64,000 bases of DNA, from NCBI GenBank assembly GCA_963718895.1, contig CAVRAG010000001.1:1-64000 (forward strand), read 5' to 3'. Below the pieces are notes generated by a model. That model was not told where the DNA came from and searched no databases. It saw only the letters and a list, made by a program, of their open reading frames with translations. The translations under genes and the position numbers were made by a program. Origin of the DNA: an uncultured Nitrososphaerota archaeon (lineage in GTDB: Archaea; Thermoproteota; Nitrososphaeria; Nitrososphaerales; Gagatemarchaeaceae). Below are positions 29,064 to 38,335 of the stretch, one piece after another (position 1 is the stretch's first letter; each line of letters starts with the position of its first letter).

Positions 29064-30500
29064 TCAGGCGCCAATAGGTGCACGGCCTCCGACGGTCATC
29101 CTGCGCCTAAGAACGAGGTAGGACGCCACCAGAAGGAGAGTGAAGACGGTCGCTGCCGCAAGTTGATACGGATACTCCGGCACTCCTCCCCCTCCCCCCG
29201 ACGTGCTTGTGGTCGAAGTGGATGGAGCGGAACCTGATGCGGTGGTAGAAGCCGTGCTAGCGGCGGACCCGGTGGAAGTCGACGTTGTGGGGGGCATGGA
29301 AGTCGTGGAGGTGGTAGAGACACTGCTCGTCGAAGCGGTCGTGGTGGTCGCCGAGGAAGAAGATCCGTACTCCAGGACCCTGTCGTTTACACCGTCCGCG
29401 ACCCAGAGGTTTCCGCCGGAGTCGAAGGCGAGGCCGGTAGGCTGGTCGATCCCTGTCGGAGTGGGCTTGATTGGGTAAGGCGCAGTGCTGGAGGTGAAGT
29501 TCGTCGCGCCAATCACCAGGCTTGCTGCTTCAAACGTGGAGAACGGCGCGGTGTACTCCAGGACCCTGTCGTTGAGCTTGTCACCAACCCAGAGGTTGCC
29601 GCTCGAGTCGAAGGTGAGCCCGTTTGGAGCGTTCAATCCGGTGGCAGTCGTTGCGGTGCTGCTGTTTGTGAAGGTGTTCTGTCCTATCACGAGCTCGGCG
29701 GCTTCATGGGTCACGAGCGGGGTGGCATACTTCAGGACCCGGTGTCCGTCCACGACCCAGAGGTCCCCGCTGGAGTCGAAGGCGACGGAATTGGGAGCGT
29801 TCAGCCCCGCCTTGGTGACCTCGTCGTTGACTACCGTGAAGCTCCCCGCGCCTATCACGAGCTTGGCGGCTTCATGGGTGGAGAACGGGGAGGTGTACTC
29901 CAGGACTCTGCCATTGAGGAGGTCAGCAACCCAGAGGTTGCCGCTGGAGTCGAAGGTGAGGCCGTAGGGACTGGAGAGCGATGACGCGTTCGTCACGGTG
30001 TTGTCGCTCGAGGTGAAGCTGGACTGACCTATCACGAGGCTTGCAGCTTCACCTGTGGAGAGCGGCGCCTTGTATTCCAGGACCCTGTTGTTAGATGAGT
30101 CCGAGACCCAGAGGTTGCCGCTGGGGTCGAAGGCGAGGCCGGTGGGAGCGCTCAGCCCTGTCGAGGTCGTTGCGGAGTCTAGCGATGTGAAGCCCGATTG
30201 GCCAATCACGACACTGGCGACTTCATGGGTGGAGAGTGGCGCTTTGTATTCAAGAATCCTGTTCCCACCCTCATCCACAACCCAGAGGTTGTGGCTCGAG
30301 TCGAACGCGAGGTCATATGGAGCGACCATCGCGGTCGAAGTCGCCCCCGGGTTGAACGCGGTGAGGTTCGGCTCGCCTATCACAATGCTGGCCGCCTGAC
30401 CGCTTGTAAACGCGAAGGCGTGAGGCGGGAATCCGAGCAGAAGGACCGACAAGAGGGCGAAGAGACTTACGCCTATTGGCTTCCTATGAAACAGCCACAT
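29064..30500 (-). CDS. Secreted NHL-repeat beta-propeller with VPEYP C-terminal sorting signal
   Basis: Signal peptide; six ~57-aa repeats (LAFDSSGNLWVxD..NxRVLEY..P....AxLVIGQ); Ser/Thr linker; GGGGVPEYP + TM + RRR. Confidence 0.9.
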   Translation of the reverse strand: MWLFHRKPIGVSLFALLSVLLLGFPPHAFAFTSGQAASIVIGEPNLTAFNPGATSTAMVAPYDLAFDSSHNLWVVDEGGNRILEYKAPLSTHEVASVVIGQSGFTSLDSATTSTGLSAPTGLAFDPSGNLWVSDSSNNRVLEYKAPLSTGEAASLVIGQSSFTSSDNTVTNASSLSSPYGLTFDSSGNLWVADLLNGRVLEYTSPFSTHEAAKLVIGAGSFTVVNDEVTKAGLNAPNSVAFDSSGDLWVVDGHRVLKYATPLVTHEAAELVIGQNTFTNSSTATTATGLNAPNGLTFDSSGNLWVGDKLNDRVLEYTAPFSTFEAASLVIGATNFTSSTAPYPIKPTPTGIDQPTGLAFDSGGNLWVADGVNDRVLEYGSSSSATTTTASTSSVSTTSTTSMPPTTSTSTGSAASTASTTASGSAPSTSTTSTSGGGGGVPEYPYQLAAATVFTLLLVASYLVLRRRMTVGGRAPIGA

Positions 30501-30553
30501 CTTTCAGGCGTTTATGGAGTGGGCTTGAATAATAACGTTTGCAGCGTCGCTCA

Positions 30554-31347
30554 GGCGCTGTCAAGTTAAGGGTTGAGCGATTGGTCTAGGTCTCTTGTTT
30601 CCTGACGGTATGTGGGGGATGTTTGCTCCCACGCATCATGAGTATCCAATTCCTGAGGCGTGAGAGGACACCCCTCGCTCTGATGCTCTACGGGGTGTAT
30701 GTCTATCTATGCGCAAACAGTTTGAGGAGAGCATCTAGGATTCTTGAGCCTCTGGCCGAGAGGTCTCACGAGGCCATACGCCTGTGGGTCCAGAGGCTGG
30801 CTCCGGTCTGCGACGGGTTCGATGTCGAGAGGAGGCTGGTCACTGCCATCTTCGTGGACGAGACGATGATTCGCATACGAGGAAGACAAGCTTGGGTCTG
30901 GGTCGCGTTCGAGCCCGGTCTTAGGACGTTCCTCGACTTCCGCATCTCGTACAACCAGTCCATACCGGACGCCTACCTCTTCCTCAAGGAGCTGAGGATC
31001 AGGTACGGGAGGAAGCCGATCTGGACGGACGAGGGCGTCTGGTACCCTGAGGCGTGCAGGTGGGCGAGGCTGGAGCATCGCGTCTACGGGACCGAGCTCA
31101 AGAACCAGATCGAGAGGATGAACCAAGTCCTCAAGGACAGGATCGAGTGCTTCGACGACCTCTTCCCGTGCCTGAAGGAGGACTGCGACAGGGAGCACGT
31201 CCGCAACTGGATTCTCCGTCTTCAGGTTCTACCACAACCACGTGAGGGTGAACGGAGAGATAGGAAGAGCTCCATTGGAATACGATAACGGACCAGAATA
31301 CCTGAGGTTCATCAGACTCATAACAGAGGCCTTAACTTGACAGCGCC
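30554..31347 (+). mobile_element. IS6-family insertion sequence, 794 bp, perfect 18-bp TIRs, 8-bp target-site duplication
   Basis: TIRs GGCGCTGTCAAGTTAAGG (30554-30571) and CCTTAACTTGACAGCGCC (31330-31347); GTCGCTCA at 30546-30553 and 31348-31355. Confidence 0.93.
30623..31340 (+). CDS. IS6-family DDE transposase; +1 frameshift near 31212
   Basis: SHEAIRLWVQ, IFVDET, IWTDEG..Y, IERMN..LKDR; shifted frame continues SVFRFYHNHVR...EALT* ending inside the right TIR. Confidence 0.85.
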
Positions 31348-31474
31348 GTCGCTCAGGCTCCGGAGCGTGAGTACAGGACACGCCACCATTCGGACGGTCT
31401 GGAATGATGCGTGCGCATGGGTCGCGCGGAGGGCGTCGGGACCAAGTCCAGCGGTCGTCTGGAGGGCCCCGAGT

Positions 31475-31771
31475 TCAGACTCTGTTGTAACGTACGATCA
31501 GGGCGATGAGTGCTCCCACGCTCACGAAGATCCCGCCGATGCTGGGCAGGCCTCCCGTGATTGCCGCTAGGAGCAACCCCAAGATGAGCAGGGTAACGAT
31601 AACGCCGTCAGAACTCATTTGCCTGTATAGCACGAGTGAGGCTATGCCCACGATCACGGCCAGCGCCGGCCCCGCGCCGACCAGCCCGCCTGCCAGGCCG
31701 AGAAGGCCTCCGACCAACGCAATCACCCCTCCGATGAGGAGCAGGAGTCTGGCTAGGTCCCGGATGCCCAT
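31475..31771 (-). CDS. Small Gly-rich 4-TM membrane protein
   Basis: Hydrophobic ORF from MGIRDLARLL; start uncertain. Confidence 0.55.
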   Translation of the reverse strand: MGIRDLARLLLLIGGVIALVGGLLGLAGGLVGAGPALAVIVGIASLVLYRQMSSDGVIVTLLILGLLLAAITGGLPSIGGIFVSVGALIALIVRYNRV

Positions 31772-32011
31772 CGATTGCGACATGCAATCCAGGTCCTGCA
31801 GTTGGTTCATATTGCTTCAGGAGGTCTTCTCTGACTTGAGCTTACACTAGTCTTCCCCCGAGGCAAAGGAGGCGTTGCGGCAGCTTGCGGGAGTCAACCA
31901 CTGGACGGAGCGCCACCCGCGAGTCCTACGGAGACCAGTTCTGGAAGAATCGGCCTGTTCAATGCTAGGCTCGAATCTTCCGTCCTCTCTAATATCAGAG
32001 GCGGGTAGTCC

Positions 32012-32530
32012 TTGGCGATAAGATTGAGCGCAGGAACAGTCGTTGCAGGGGCAATCGCGCTCCTCCTGGGGGCCGTGGGGTTGCTCGAACTGTACGGGCA
32101 CACGGTGGTGCCGGTGAACCTCGCAATCGTGAGCGCGTACTTGACCACCGACGGCGCACTTCTCCTCTTCGGGGCGATCGCGGTGGTTGGGATCGGCCTC
32201 ATGGTCGGCGGTCTCGTCAGTCTGGGCGACGAGGAGGCACCTGTGACGGAAGTGCAGAAGGAGGTGGTGGTCGTGCAGCCGGTTCCCTCCTCGGCAGCAT
32301 ACGAAGCTCTCTCGGAGCTTGAGCTCTCGATACTCCGGTCCCTGTCCCAGGGAAGGAGCGAGGAGGAAATCGCCGCCTCGACCGGAGTCGCGCCCTCGAT
32401 AGTCTCGGAGAAGGTGGCGAAACTCCAGAGCATGGGGTACATCACAGACAAGCATGCCCTCACAGAGCGGGGGTTTGAGGCCCTCCGGCTTCAGGATGTG
32501 GGAAGGGTCTACGTAAAGTCGACAGCCTAG
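32012..32530 (+). CDS. Membrane-tethered winged-helix protein (2 TM + C-terminal wHTH)
   Basis: Two TM then LSELELSILRSL...EEIAASTGV...VAKLQSMGYI...LTERG. Confidence 0.7.
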   Translation: MAIRLSAGTVVAGAIALLLGAVGLLELYGHTVVPVNLAIVSAYLTTDGALLLFGAIAVVGIGLMVGGLVSLGDEEAPVTEVQKEVVVVQPVPSSAAYEALSELELSILRSLSQGRSEEEIAASTGVAPSIVSEKVAKLQSMGYITDKHALTERGFEALRLQDVGRVYVKSTA

Positions 32531-32567
32531 CGGACCTCCCCGGCCCGACGATGGCCCTGCGTCACGC

Positions 32568-34349
32568 TCACGTGGACGCTTGTACGGCGGTCATCGCCGG
32601 AGCCTCGTAGACTTCTGTTGCCTCAGGATCCTGGGCGAAGAGCTCGGTGGGTGTAAGCTTGTCCACTAGCTCCAGAAGCCTCAGGAACTCTCTTGGTATG
32701 AAGACCGAGCTCTTTGGGCTGTGCACGACGTATCCTCTGCGGAACGTCGCGAAGAACAATGGCACGGCCATTGCCAGAGGGATGAACGGGATGATCTCGT
32801 TCACGATGGCGCCCCCGGTGAAGGACGCGGTGTAGCGGCTGATGAAGGACTGAAGTGGAGACTGGATCAGCAGAGAGACGAGCAGTAGGGATGTCGCCCC
32901 CAGGCCCATCCACAGTATCTGCCAACGAGACCTCGTGTGAGGGGTGATCTTTGTGATGTCCTTCAGCGGGAGGACGACGGTACGAAGGTCGCGGTCGCTG
33001 AATCTCACTATCATCCTCCTGTTTGTCAGGACCACGGTCATCCCGCCGCTCACCAGGGATTCGAGACTCTCCTCGTCGACGGCCATGCCCTCGCGCAGCC
33101 TTTTGTCGTCCGAGCGCTCCTGGGCCAGACCCTCGAGGCGCTTTGCGAGGGAGTGAGTCAGCCTTGTAATCGAGAACTTTCTTGCCTCCCTGCTTGCGTT
33201 CCTGCCGAGTCTCCTTCGGAGGGACTCGTTCTGGGAGAGCCTCAGTACAGCTCGCACCGCGCCGTCGACGTCTTCTGGACCGTCAAGGACTATGCCGTTG
33301 AAGCCGTCCCTGACAATCCACTGCTGGCCGCCTGTCCCCGAGGTGATGACCGGTACTCCGTTCCACATGAACTCGAGTTGCGCTATTCCCAGTGCTTCGG
33401 AGCGGCTCAGTATGAGGTTCATGCTCGACGACCCGATCAGGGCCGCCTTCTCCTCGTCGGTTATCGGACCGAGAATCGTGACGTTCTCCAGTCGTTCGGC
33501 CTCCGCCCGTACCTTCGCGCCGTAGTCACCCTGTTCTAGGCCGGCAATCACGAAGTGAACGTTCCTCCTCTGAGTCATGCGCTTTGCGACCTCGATCACG
33601 CCGAGCGTGTTCTTCCGCTCCTCGACCGTTCCGAGCGAGGCCACGATCTTCGCGCTCTTCGGGATGTTGTATCGGTTCAGGATGCCTTGATCTACATCCG
33701 AGTCTATGGTCTCGTCGACCCCTCCCGGGAAGAGGAAGCATTTCGCCTCGCTTGCGCCGAGTCGCTTGACCTCCTCCTTCTCGGAGGGCGAGGTAACGAG
33801 GATCAAATCGGCTTCCGTCACAATCTGCGACAGGCTCGTTTCGTTCCAGGCCTGCCTGAACGTCCGTTCGACTATCGTGTATCGCTCCGGGCTGGGCTCT
33901 TGGAAGTGGCTCATGTGGCAGTAGATCGGTGCGATCTGGGGGACGCCCCCGCGCGAGAGGTTCCTCCGCCATTCGATGAACTTCAGGACGTCCTCCGGGC
34001 CGTTCCACAGCGTTGAGTGCGTTATGAGGACGTTGATCTTGAGGTCGTCGACTATCTTGGCGAGGGTGTCTATGAAGTCCAGGATCGAGACCCGCCGGGG
34101 GGGCCAGGACGTCAGCATGCTCCCCAGCCTTATCACGGGTATCCCGAGCATCTCGTCGAAGACATGGACGAAGCCGCCCCTGCTGGCCACCGCCTCCTCT
34201 GAGATCGCCAACGTCCCGTCGTGGTATAGGCTCGTGATCAGAAACGCCTCGTATCCCTGGGCCCTGAACTCCCTGACCATCCTCTGGGAGACGAGCTCCT
34301 GCCCTTTGGTCAAGCTCGTCCGGTACATGACGACACCGATTCTGAGCAA
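32568..34349 (-). CDS. GT4-like (GT-B) glycosyltransferase with C-terminal PH-like + 2-TM extension
   Basis: GTVEERKN, SRSEALGIAQLEFM..GVPVI, IVRDGFNG; extension VVLTNRRMIV...LPLKDIT then two TM. Confidence 0.85.
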   Translation of the reverse strand: MLRIGVVMYRTSLTKGQELVSQRMVREFRAQGYEAFLITSLYHDGTLAISEEAVASRGGFVHVFDEMLGIPVIRLGSMLTSWPPRRVSILDFIDTLAKIVDDLKINVLITHSTLWNGPEDVLKFIEWRRNLSRGGVPQIAPIYCHMSHFQEPSPERYTIVERTFRQAWNETSLSQIVTEADLILVTSPSEKEEVKRLGASEAKCFLFPGGVDETIDSDVDQGILNRYNIPKSAKIVASLGTVEERKNTLGVIEVAKRMTQRRNVHFVIAGLEQGDYGAKVRAEAERLENVTILGPITDEEKAALIGSSSMNLILSRSEALGIAQLEFMWNGVPVITSGTGGQQWIVRDGFNGIVLDGPEDVDGAVRAVLRLSQNESLRRRLGRNASREARKFSITRLTHSLAKRLEGLAQERSDDKRLREGMAVDEESLESLVSGGMTVVLTNRRMIVRFSDRDLRTVVLPLKDITKITPHTRSRWQILWMGLGATSLLLVSLLIQSPLQSFISRYTASFTGGAIVNEIIPFIPLAMAVPLFFATFRRGYVVHSPKSSVFIPREFLRLLELVDKLTPTELFAQDPEATEVYEAPAMTAVQAST

Positions 34350-34355
34350 ACCATG

Positions 34356-35105
34356 TCACTTCCTGCGGACGCCCGGGAGCGCGGGAGAGAAGACCATCTC
34401 CTTCTCGGACAGAGCCCCGAGAAACGCCGGAAGGTCCGAGAAGCTGACCAGATACTCACAGTCTAGGCCTTCGGTCGGCTGCCCGTGGGCGACCCCGATG
34501 GCTATGTCCGCCTCGCGGAAGGCGCTGTTGTCGGCTGGAGAGTCGCCCAGGTAGATCGCCCTGCCCTCCACGTTCGAAGCGTCCTTGATTCGAATCATCG
34601 CGAGGCCCTTGTCGGGCTGTTCGCAGAACGCGTCCACGAAGGGGTTGGGGGGGTAGTAGCTGACGCAGTATCCCCCACTCGATAGAGCCGTCATGGCCGC
34701 CTCGAGGTTCGCAGGTGCGCTTCCTCCCCTCCAGTCGGCTGAGAATGCGAGCAGCTCGCCCGAGGAGTTCCTCTTCTCCTCGAACGCTACCGCCGGACCA
34801 AGCATGACCTTCGCGGCCGACAGGCCCGACTCCATCCCTCGGCAGGCCGAGACGGTGATCTCCCTGCCATCTGGGAATCTGATGTCCAGCCCGGAGACGC
34901 AGGCCCAGGCGTGGGCATAGCTGATGCGCGGAAAGATGAACCCGAAGCTCTTCGAGGTGATGACGGCAAGCGTCGCCTTGCTCGACACAGTCATGAGTGC
35001 TGAATCCAGAGACGGAGGGATCCTGGATTCCGACAGAGGCGCGTCGATGGGGGCCAGCGTCCCGTCATAGTCGGTACAGACGAAGCGTACCCCGTCGTCG
35101 GTCAC
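34356..35105 (-). CDS. HAD-IIB sugar-phosphate phosphatase (trehalose-6-phosphate phosphatase-like)
   Basis: DYDGTLAPI, VITS, DKG, YLGDS.ADNSAF. Confidence 0.8.
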   Translation of the reverse strand: MTDDGVRFVCTDYDGTLAPIDAPLSESRIPPSLDSALMTVSSKATLAVITSKSFGFIFPRISYAHAWACVSGLDIRFPDGREITVSACRGMESGLSAAKVMLGPAVAFEEKRNSSGELLAFSADWRGGSAPANLEAAMTALSSGGYCVSYYPPNPFVDAFCEQPDKGLAMIRIKDASNVEGRAIYLGDSPADNSAFREADIAIGVAHGQPTEGLDCEYLVSFSDLPAFLGALSEKEMVFSPALPGVRRK

Positions 35106-35983
35106 TCGGCCTCTGCCTCCAGCCCTCTGTGGATGGCTATGATCTTCGTGAGGATCTGCGACTTCATGATGGCGTGGTCCTTCTCCTTGGCGTTCAGGAC
35201 CACCTTCACGATGTAGTACTGCTTGTCACTCTGTTCGTTGACCATTACGTTCAGCATCGGGAACCCCTTGAGGGCGGCCGAGACCAGCTGCAGGACCTGG
35301 CTCGGATCGTTCCGGATGTGGAACTCATACCTCACGTTGAATATGTAGTCTCTCTCGGTGTACGATACTACCGCGGCGTCGGTAGCGAGAATTGCGTTGG
35401 GGATTTTCATCTGCTGACCCTCCTCGGTGACCACCGTGGTGAAGAAGAGCCCTACGGAGGACACCTCTGACATGTAGCCGGCATAGATGGCGTCAGGGGA
35501 GAAGTACTTGTAAGCGGGATTGTAGGCCCACTGAAACGGTATGTGCCACGAGAGAATCCTCACCTGGGAACCGGCCCTCACCGTTCCCGTCAGCAGGATG
35601 AGCAGTCCGGCGAAGAAGCTACCTAGCGTCGGTTGAAGGGCGAGTCCCAGCACCAGCCCACCGAAGGCCGCCCCCGCTAGGATCGTTGTCGCCGAGATGG
35701 TTGCGAATGAGACGGCAGCGAGGGCGGACAGCGTGTATCCGACGATGGAGACGACGTTCCCCAGGATGAGTGAGGTCCTTCCGAGTCTGGGCCTCAGAGC
35801 CTGAGACGCTGCCATTGCGACCTCCCTGGAGAGGATGACTCCGGCGATCAGGACGAAGCTGGCATCCAGGAACCTTAGCGAGTAGGGGTAGGCCGCAAGT
35901 ACCGAGTTGAGGTCGATGATGGCGATGCCGGCTATGAATACGAGACAAATCGCGACGATCGGTCTCCTGAAGTAGTACTGCAC
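35102..35983 (-). CDS. Small-conductance mechanosensitive channel (MscS family)
   Basis: GLVLGLALQPTLGSFFAGL, VSSVGLFFT, KIPNA; 4-nt overlap with the HAD gene. Confidence 0.85.
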   Translation of the reverse strand: MQYYFRRPIVAICLVFIAGIAIIDLNSVLAAYPYSLRFLDASFVLIAGVILSREVAMAASQALRPRLGRTSLILGNVVSIVGYTLSALAAVSFATISATTILAGAAFGGLVLGLALQPTLGSFFAGLLILLTGTVRAGSQVRILSWHIPFQWAYNPAYKYFSPDAIYAGYMSEVSSVGLFFTTVVTEEGQQMKIPNAILATDAAVVSYTERDYIFNVRYEFHIRNDPSQVLQLVSAALKGFPMLNVMVNEQSDKQYYIVKVVLNAKEKDHAIMKSQILTKIIAIHRGLEAEAE

Positions 35984-36183
35984 GCCAAGCGTCGGTTCCT
36001 ACGGGACGCCCGGCTAAAGCCATTCTGGACGAATTCTAGTTATGAAAGACCCATAACATGAGAGGCCTTGAGGCGAGAGCCCGGGCACTTCACGACGTGC
36101 CCGAGCTCTGGAGGGTCAATCCCTAGAAGTCTAACGGTACTTTGTCCGTCTCCCTTTAACAGCATCTTCGATGTCGCAGGACG

Positions 36184-36723
36184 ATGAGCCGCGGGGAGTT
36201 CGCGGTCCCTCGAAGTGTTAGGACCGAGCGTGCGTTCAGGAGGATCCTGCTCGTGGTCGATGCTCCCAGGGATAGCGGCAGAGCCATCGAGGTGGCCATC
36301 AGACTCGCTGGCATGAACAGGGCCCAGTTGATAATAGTGCACGTCGAGCCAACCGGGGTCCCGCTGGTCGCTCCCATGGGGCTCGGCCCGCCAGTCATCG
36401 TCCCCAGGCTCTATTTCGAGGCGGAGCGGGAGAGAAAGGGGCGCCAAACGAACTGGCTCGCCAGGCTTGTGGAGGTCGCTGAGGCACGGGGCGTCAGGGC
36501 GACCATGGACGTGATCGATGCTCAGGGTTCGATAGCTGAGGAAGTGACCAAGAGGGCGTACGAGGAACAGGTAGACCTTGTTGTCATTGCCGAGGAGGCC
36601 CCGGGGCTACTCGCCAGGCTGGTCCGCGGCACCCTCTCGGCTGCGATCACGGAAAGCGCCGAGTGTCCCGTCCTCGTCGCCCGCGGACCCCGTAGTGTCA
36701 CTCACTCCCGAGGAGAGGCCTGA
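36184..36723 (+). CDS. Universal stress protein (UspA family)
   Basis: FRRILLVVD, IVHV, VDLVVI, ECPVLV. Confidence 0.85.
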   Translation: MSRGEFAVPRSVRTERAFRRILLVVDAPRDSGRAIEVAIRLAGMNRAQLIIVHVEPTGVPLVAPMGLGPPVIVPRLYFEAERERKGRQTNWLARLVEVAEARGVRATMDVIDAQGSIAEEVTKRAYEEQVDLVVIAEEAPGLLARLVRGTLSAAITESAECPVLVARGPRSVTHSRGEA

Positions 36724-36763
36724 CCATCTTCCCGATGCGGTGGAGCCGCGTCCCGCCGAGGCC

Positions 36764-37465
36764 TCAAAGGAGCGCAACAAGCTGGAGCAGGTACGGAGGG
36801 AACGCCTCGTAGCTCAGGTCGGTGAGGTACAGCAGCCCGACCCGGTCCTTGGCGCCTCTGACCAAGCCGGGGTCGAGGGAGCTCGCGTGGTGGGCGATGA
36901 ACGCCCACGTCGTCTTCGGGTGGGAGGAGTGCCACCCGTCCAGGAAGGCGAGGGAGGGGTATCCCGAGTTCTCGTAGATCACGAACACATCAGCCGCTCG
37001 TCCGACGTATCCGCTGGGAACGTCCGTCCCGGGGTTCCCTACCACGAGGCCGAAGCCGCTCTGCCTAGCGTGGGACGCTACCTCTCCGTAGTGATCAGCC
37101 TCGGTCTTGGCCATCTCGTCGATGAAGACGCCGTCGAAGTTCCTCCCGTAGAGCCTCAAGTACTCGTCGATGTCGTGGGCGACCGCGACGTAGGCTCTTC
37201 TGCCGTACTGGGAGGACACGTAGGCGAGGATCTGTATGCCAGCTGACCTGAGGTCCGAGATGCCGGTGACGTAGTTGGGATCGATGATCGTGCCGGGCCC
37301 AGATCCTGGGTTGACTATGGCGAGGACGCGGACGTTCGGATTCGCCCGCTTCGCGGCGATAAGGGGCAGCCACCTGCCCTCGCCTTGAGCGGGATAGATG
37401 TACAGCGGCACGAGCAAGCCGGTCTGGGCAGGCAACGGCCGTGCCGGCCGGGCTTCCGCGTCCAA
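36764..37465 (-). CDS. Spherulation-specific family 4 (GH135-like) protein
   Basis: VPLYIYP, IVNPGSGPG, DGVFIDE, VGNPGT, VIYE, YLTD. Confidence 0.85.
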   Translation of the reverse strand: MDAEARPARPLPAQTGLLVPLYIYPAQGEGRWLPLIAAKRANPNVRVLAIVNPGSGPGTIIDPNYVTGISDLRSAGIQILAYVSSQYGRRAYVAVAHDIDEYLRLYGRNFDGVFIDEMAKTEADHYGEVASHARQSGFGLVVGNPGTDVPSGYVGRAADVFVIYENSGYPSLAFLDGWHSSHPKTTWAFIAHHASSLDPGLVRGAKDRVGLLYLTDLSYEAFPPYLLQLVALL

Positions 37466-37606
37466 TCCGCCCGGACTGAGGGTGCGTCCGATATAAACGT
37501 GGATTTGGGCCCCGGGTGGGTGTCTCGTCGGGCTCTGTGGCTCCGATAGCCCCTTTCACAGGGTCTGATGCAAGGAACATAAGGGAAGGTCTGACGAGCG
37601 TGCCCC

Positions 37607-38293
37607 ATGGAAGTGATGGGCTACGGCCTGGTTGGTCTCTTGGAGGCTGCCTTGGCTTTGAGCCGGCCGCACTTCATGAACGCGTTCTTCTTCAGCCTCG
37701 TCGGCCTCTTTGTCATCTCACTGGTCTCGAACGCCACACCGTTCTTCGGCGCTTCCTACACCCTGATAGCCACCTCCGAACTGATAGCATTCGGTTTCTC
37801 GGTGGATGCCTTCGCGCTGGTGGTCCTCATCACCGCCGCGGGCGCGGTGATAGGGAAGCTGGTCATCTACGGCGGCGCCGAAGCTTTCAAGGGAAGGCTG
37901 TCGAAGAACAAGAACGTCCAGCTGCTCGCGCGATGGCTGCAGGACAGGAGGTTTCTCGTGGCCGTCTTCGTCACTGCCGTGATTCCGTTCCTTCCGCTGG
38001 ACGACTACATCTACATTGGCGCTGGGGCCGCGAGGACGAGGCTGGCCCCCATGCTCTCCGTGACGGTGGCGGCGAAGGTCGTCAAGAGCACATTTGAGAT
38101 CGGGCTCGAGTTCCTCGGAATACTGAAGGTCACAGGCCTGACCACGCGCTACCTGAGAATCTCGTCGTTTGAGTTCTCGATCCTATTGACGTTCGTCTTC
38201 ATCGCACTAGGGATATTTCTCTTCAAGTTCGACTGGGGAAGGTTCCTCGGTGGGCCCAAGGCCGGGGATGCCGGCGCCACCCCCCTCGCCTGA
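37607..38293 (+). CDS. DedA/VTT-domain membrane protein
   Basis: NATPFFG, GAVIGKLVIY, IPFLPLDD, KVVK. Confidence 0.75.
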   Translation: MEVMGYGLVGLLEAALALSRPHFMNAFFFSLVGLFVISLVSNATPFFGASYTLIATSELIAFGFSVDAFALVVLITAAGAVIGKLVIYGGAEAFKGRLSKNKNVQLLARWLQDRRFLVAVFVTAVIPFLPLDDYIYIGAGAARTRLAPMLSVTVAAKVVKSTFEIGLEFLGILKVTGLTTRYLRISSFEFSILLTFVFIALGIFLFKFDWGRFLGGPKAGDAGATPLA

Positions 38294-38335
38294 CGTCGCC
38301 CTTTCGGAAAGCAATCTGTGGCTGAGCTTTGACGC

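Noticed and set aside
29370-30400. Periodic repeats as a possible CRISPR array or DGR template
   Set aside because: They are in-frame NHL coding repeats with codon-position variation; no cas or reverse transcriptase genes in the window
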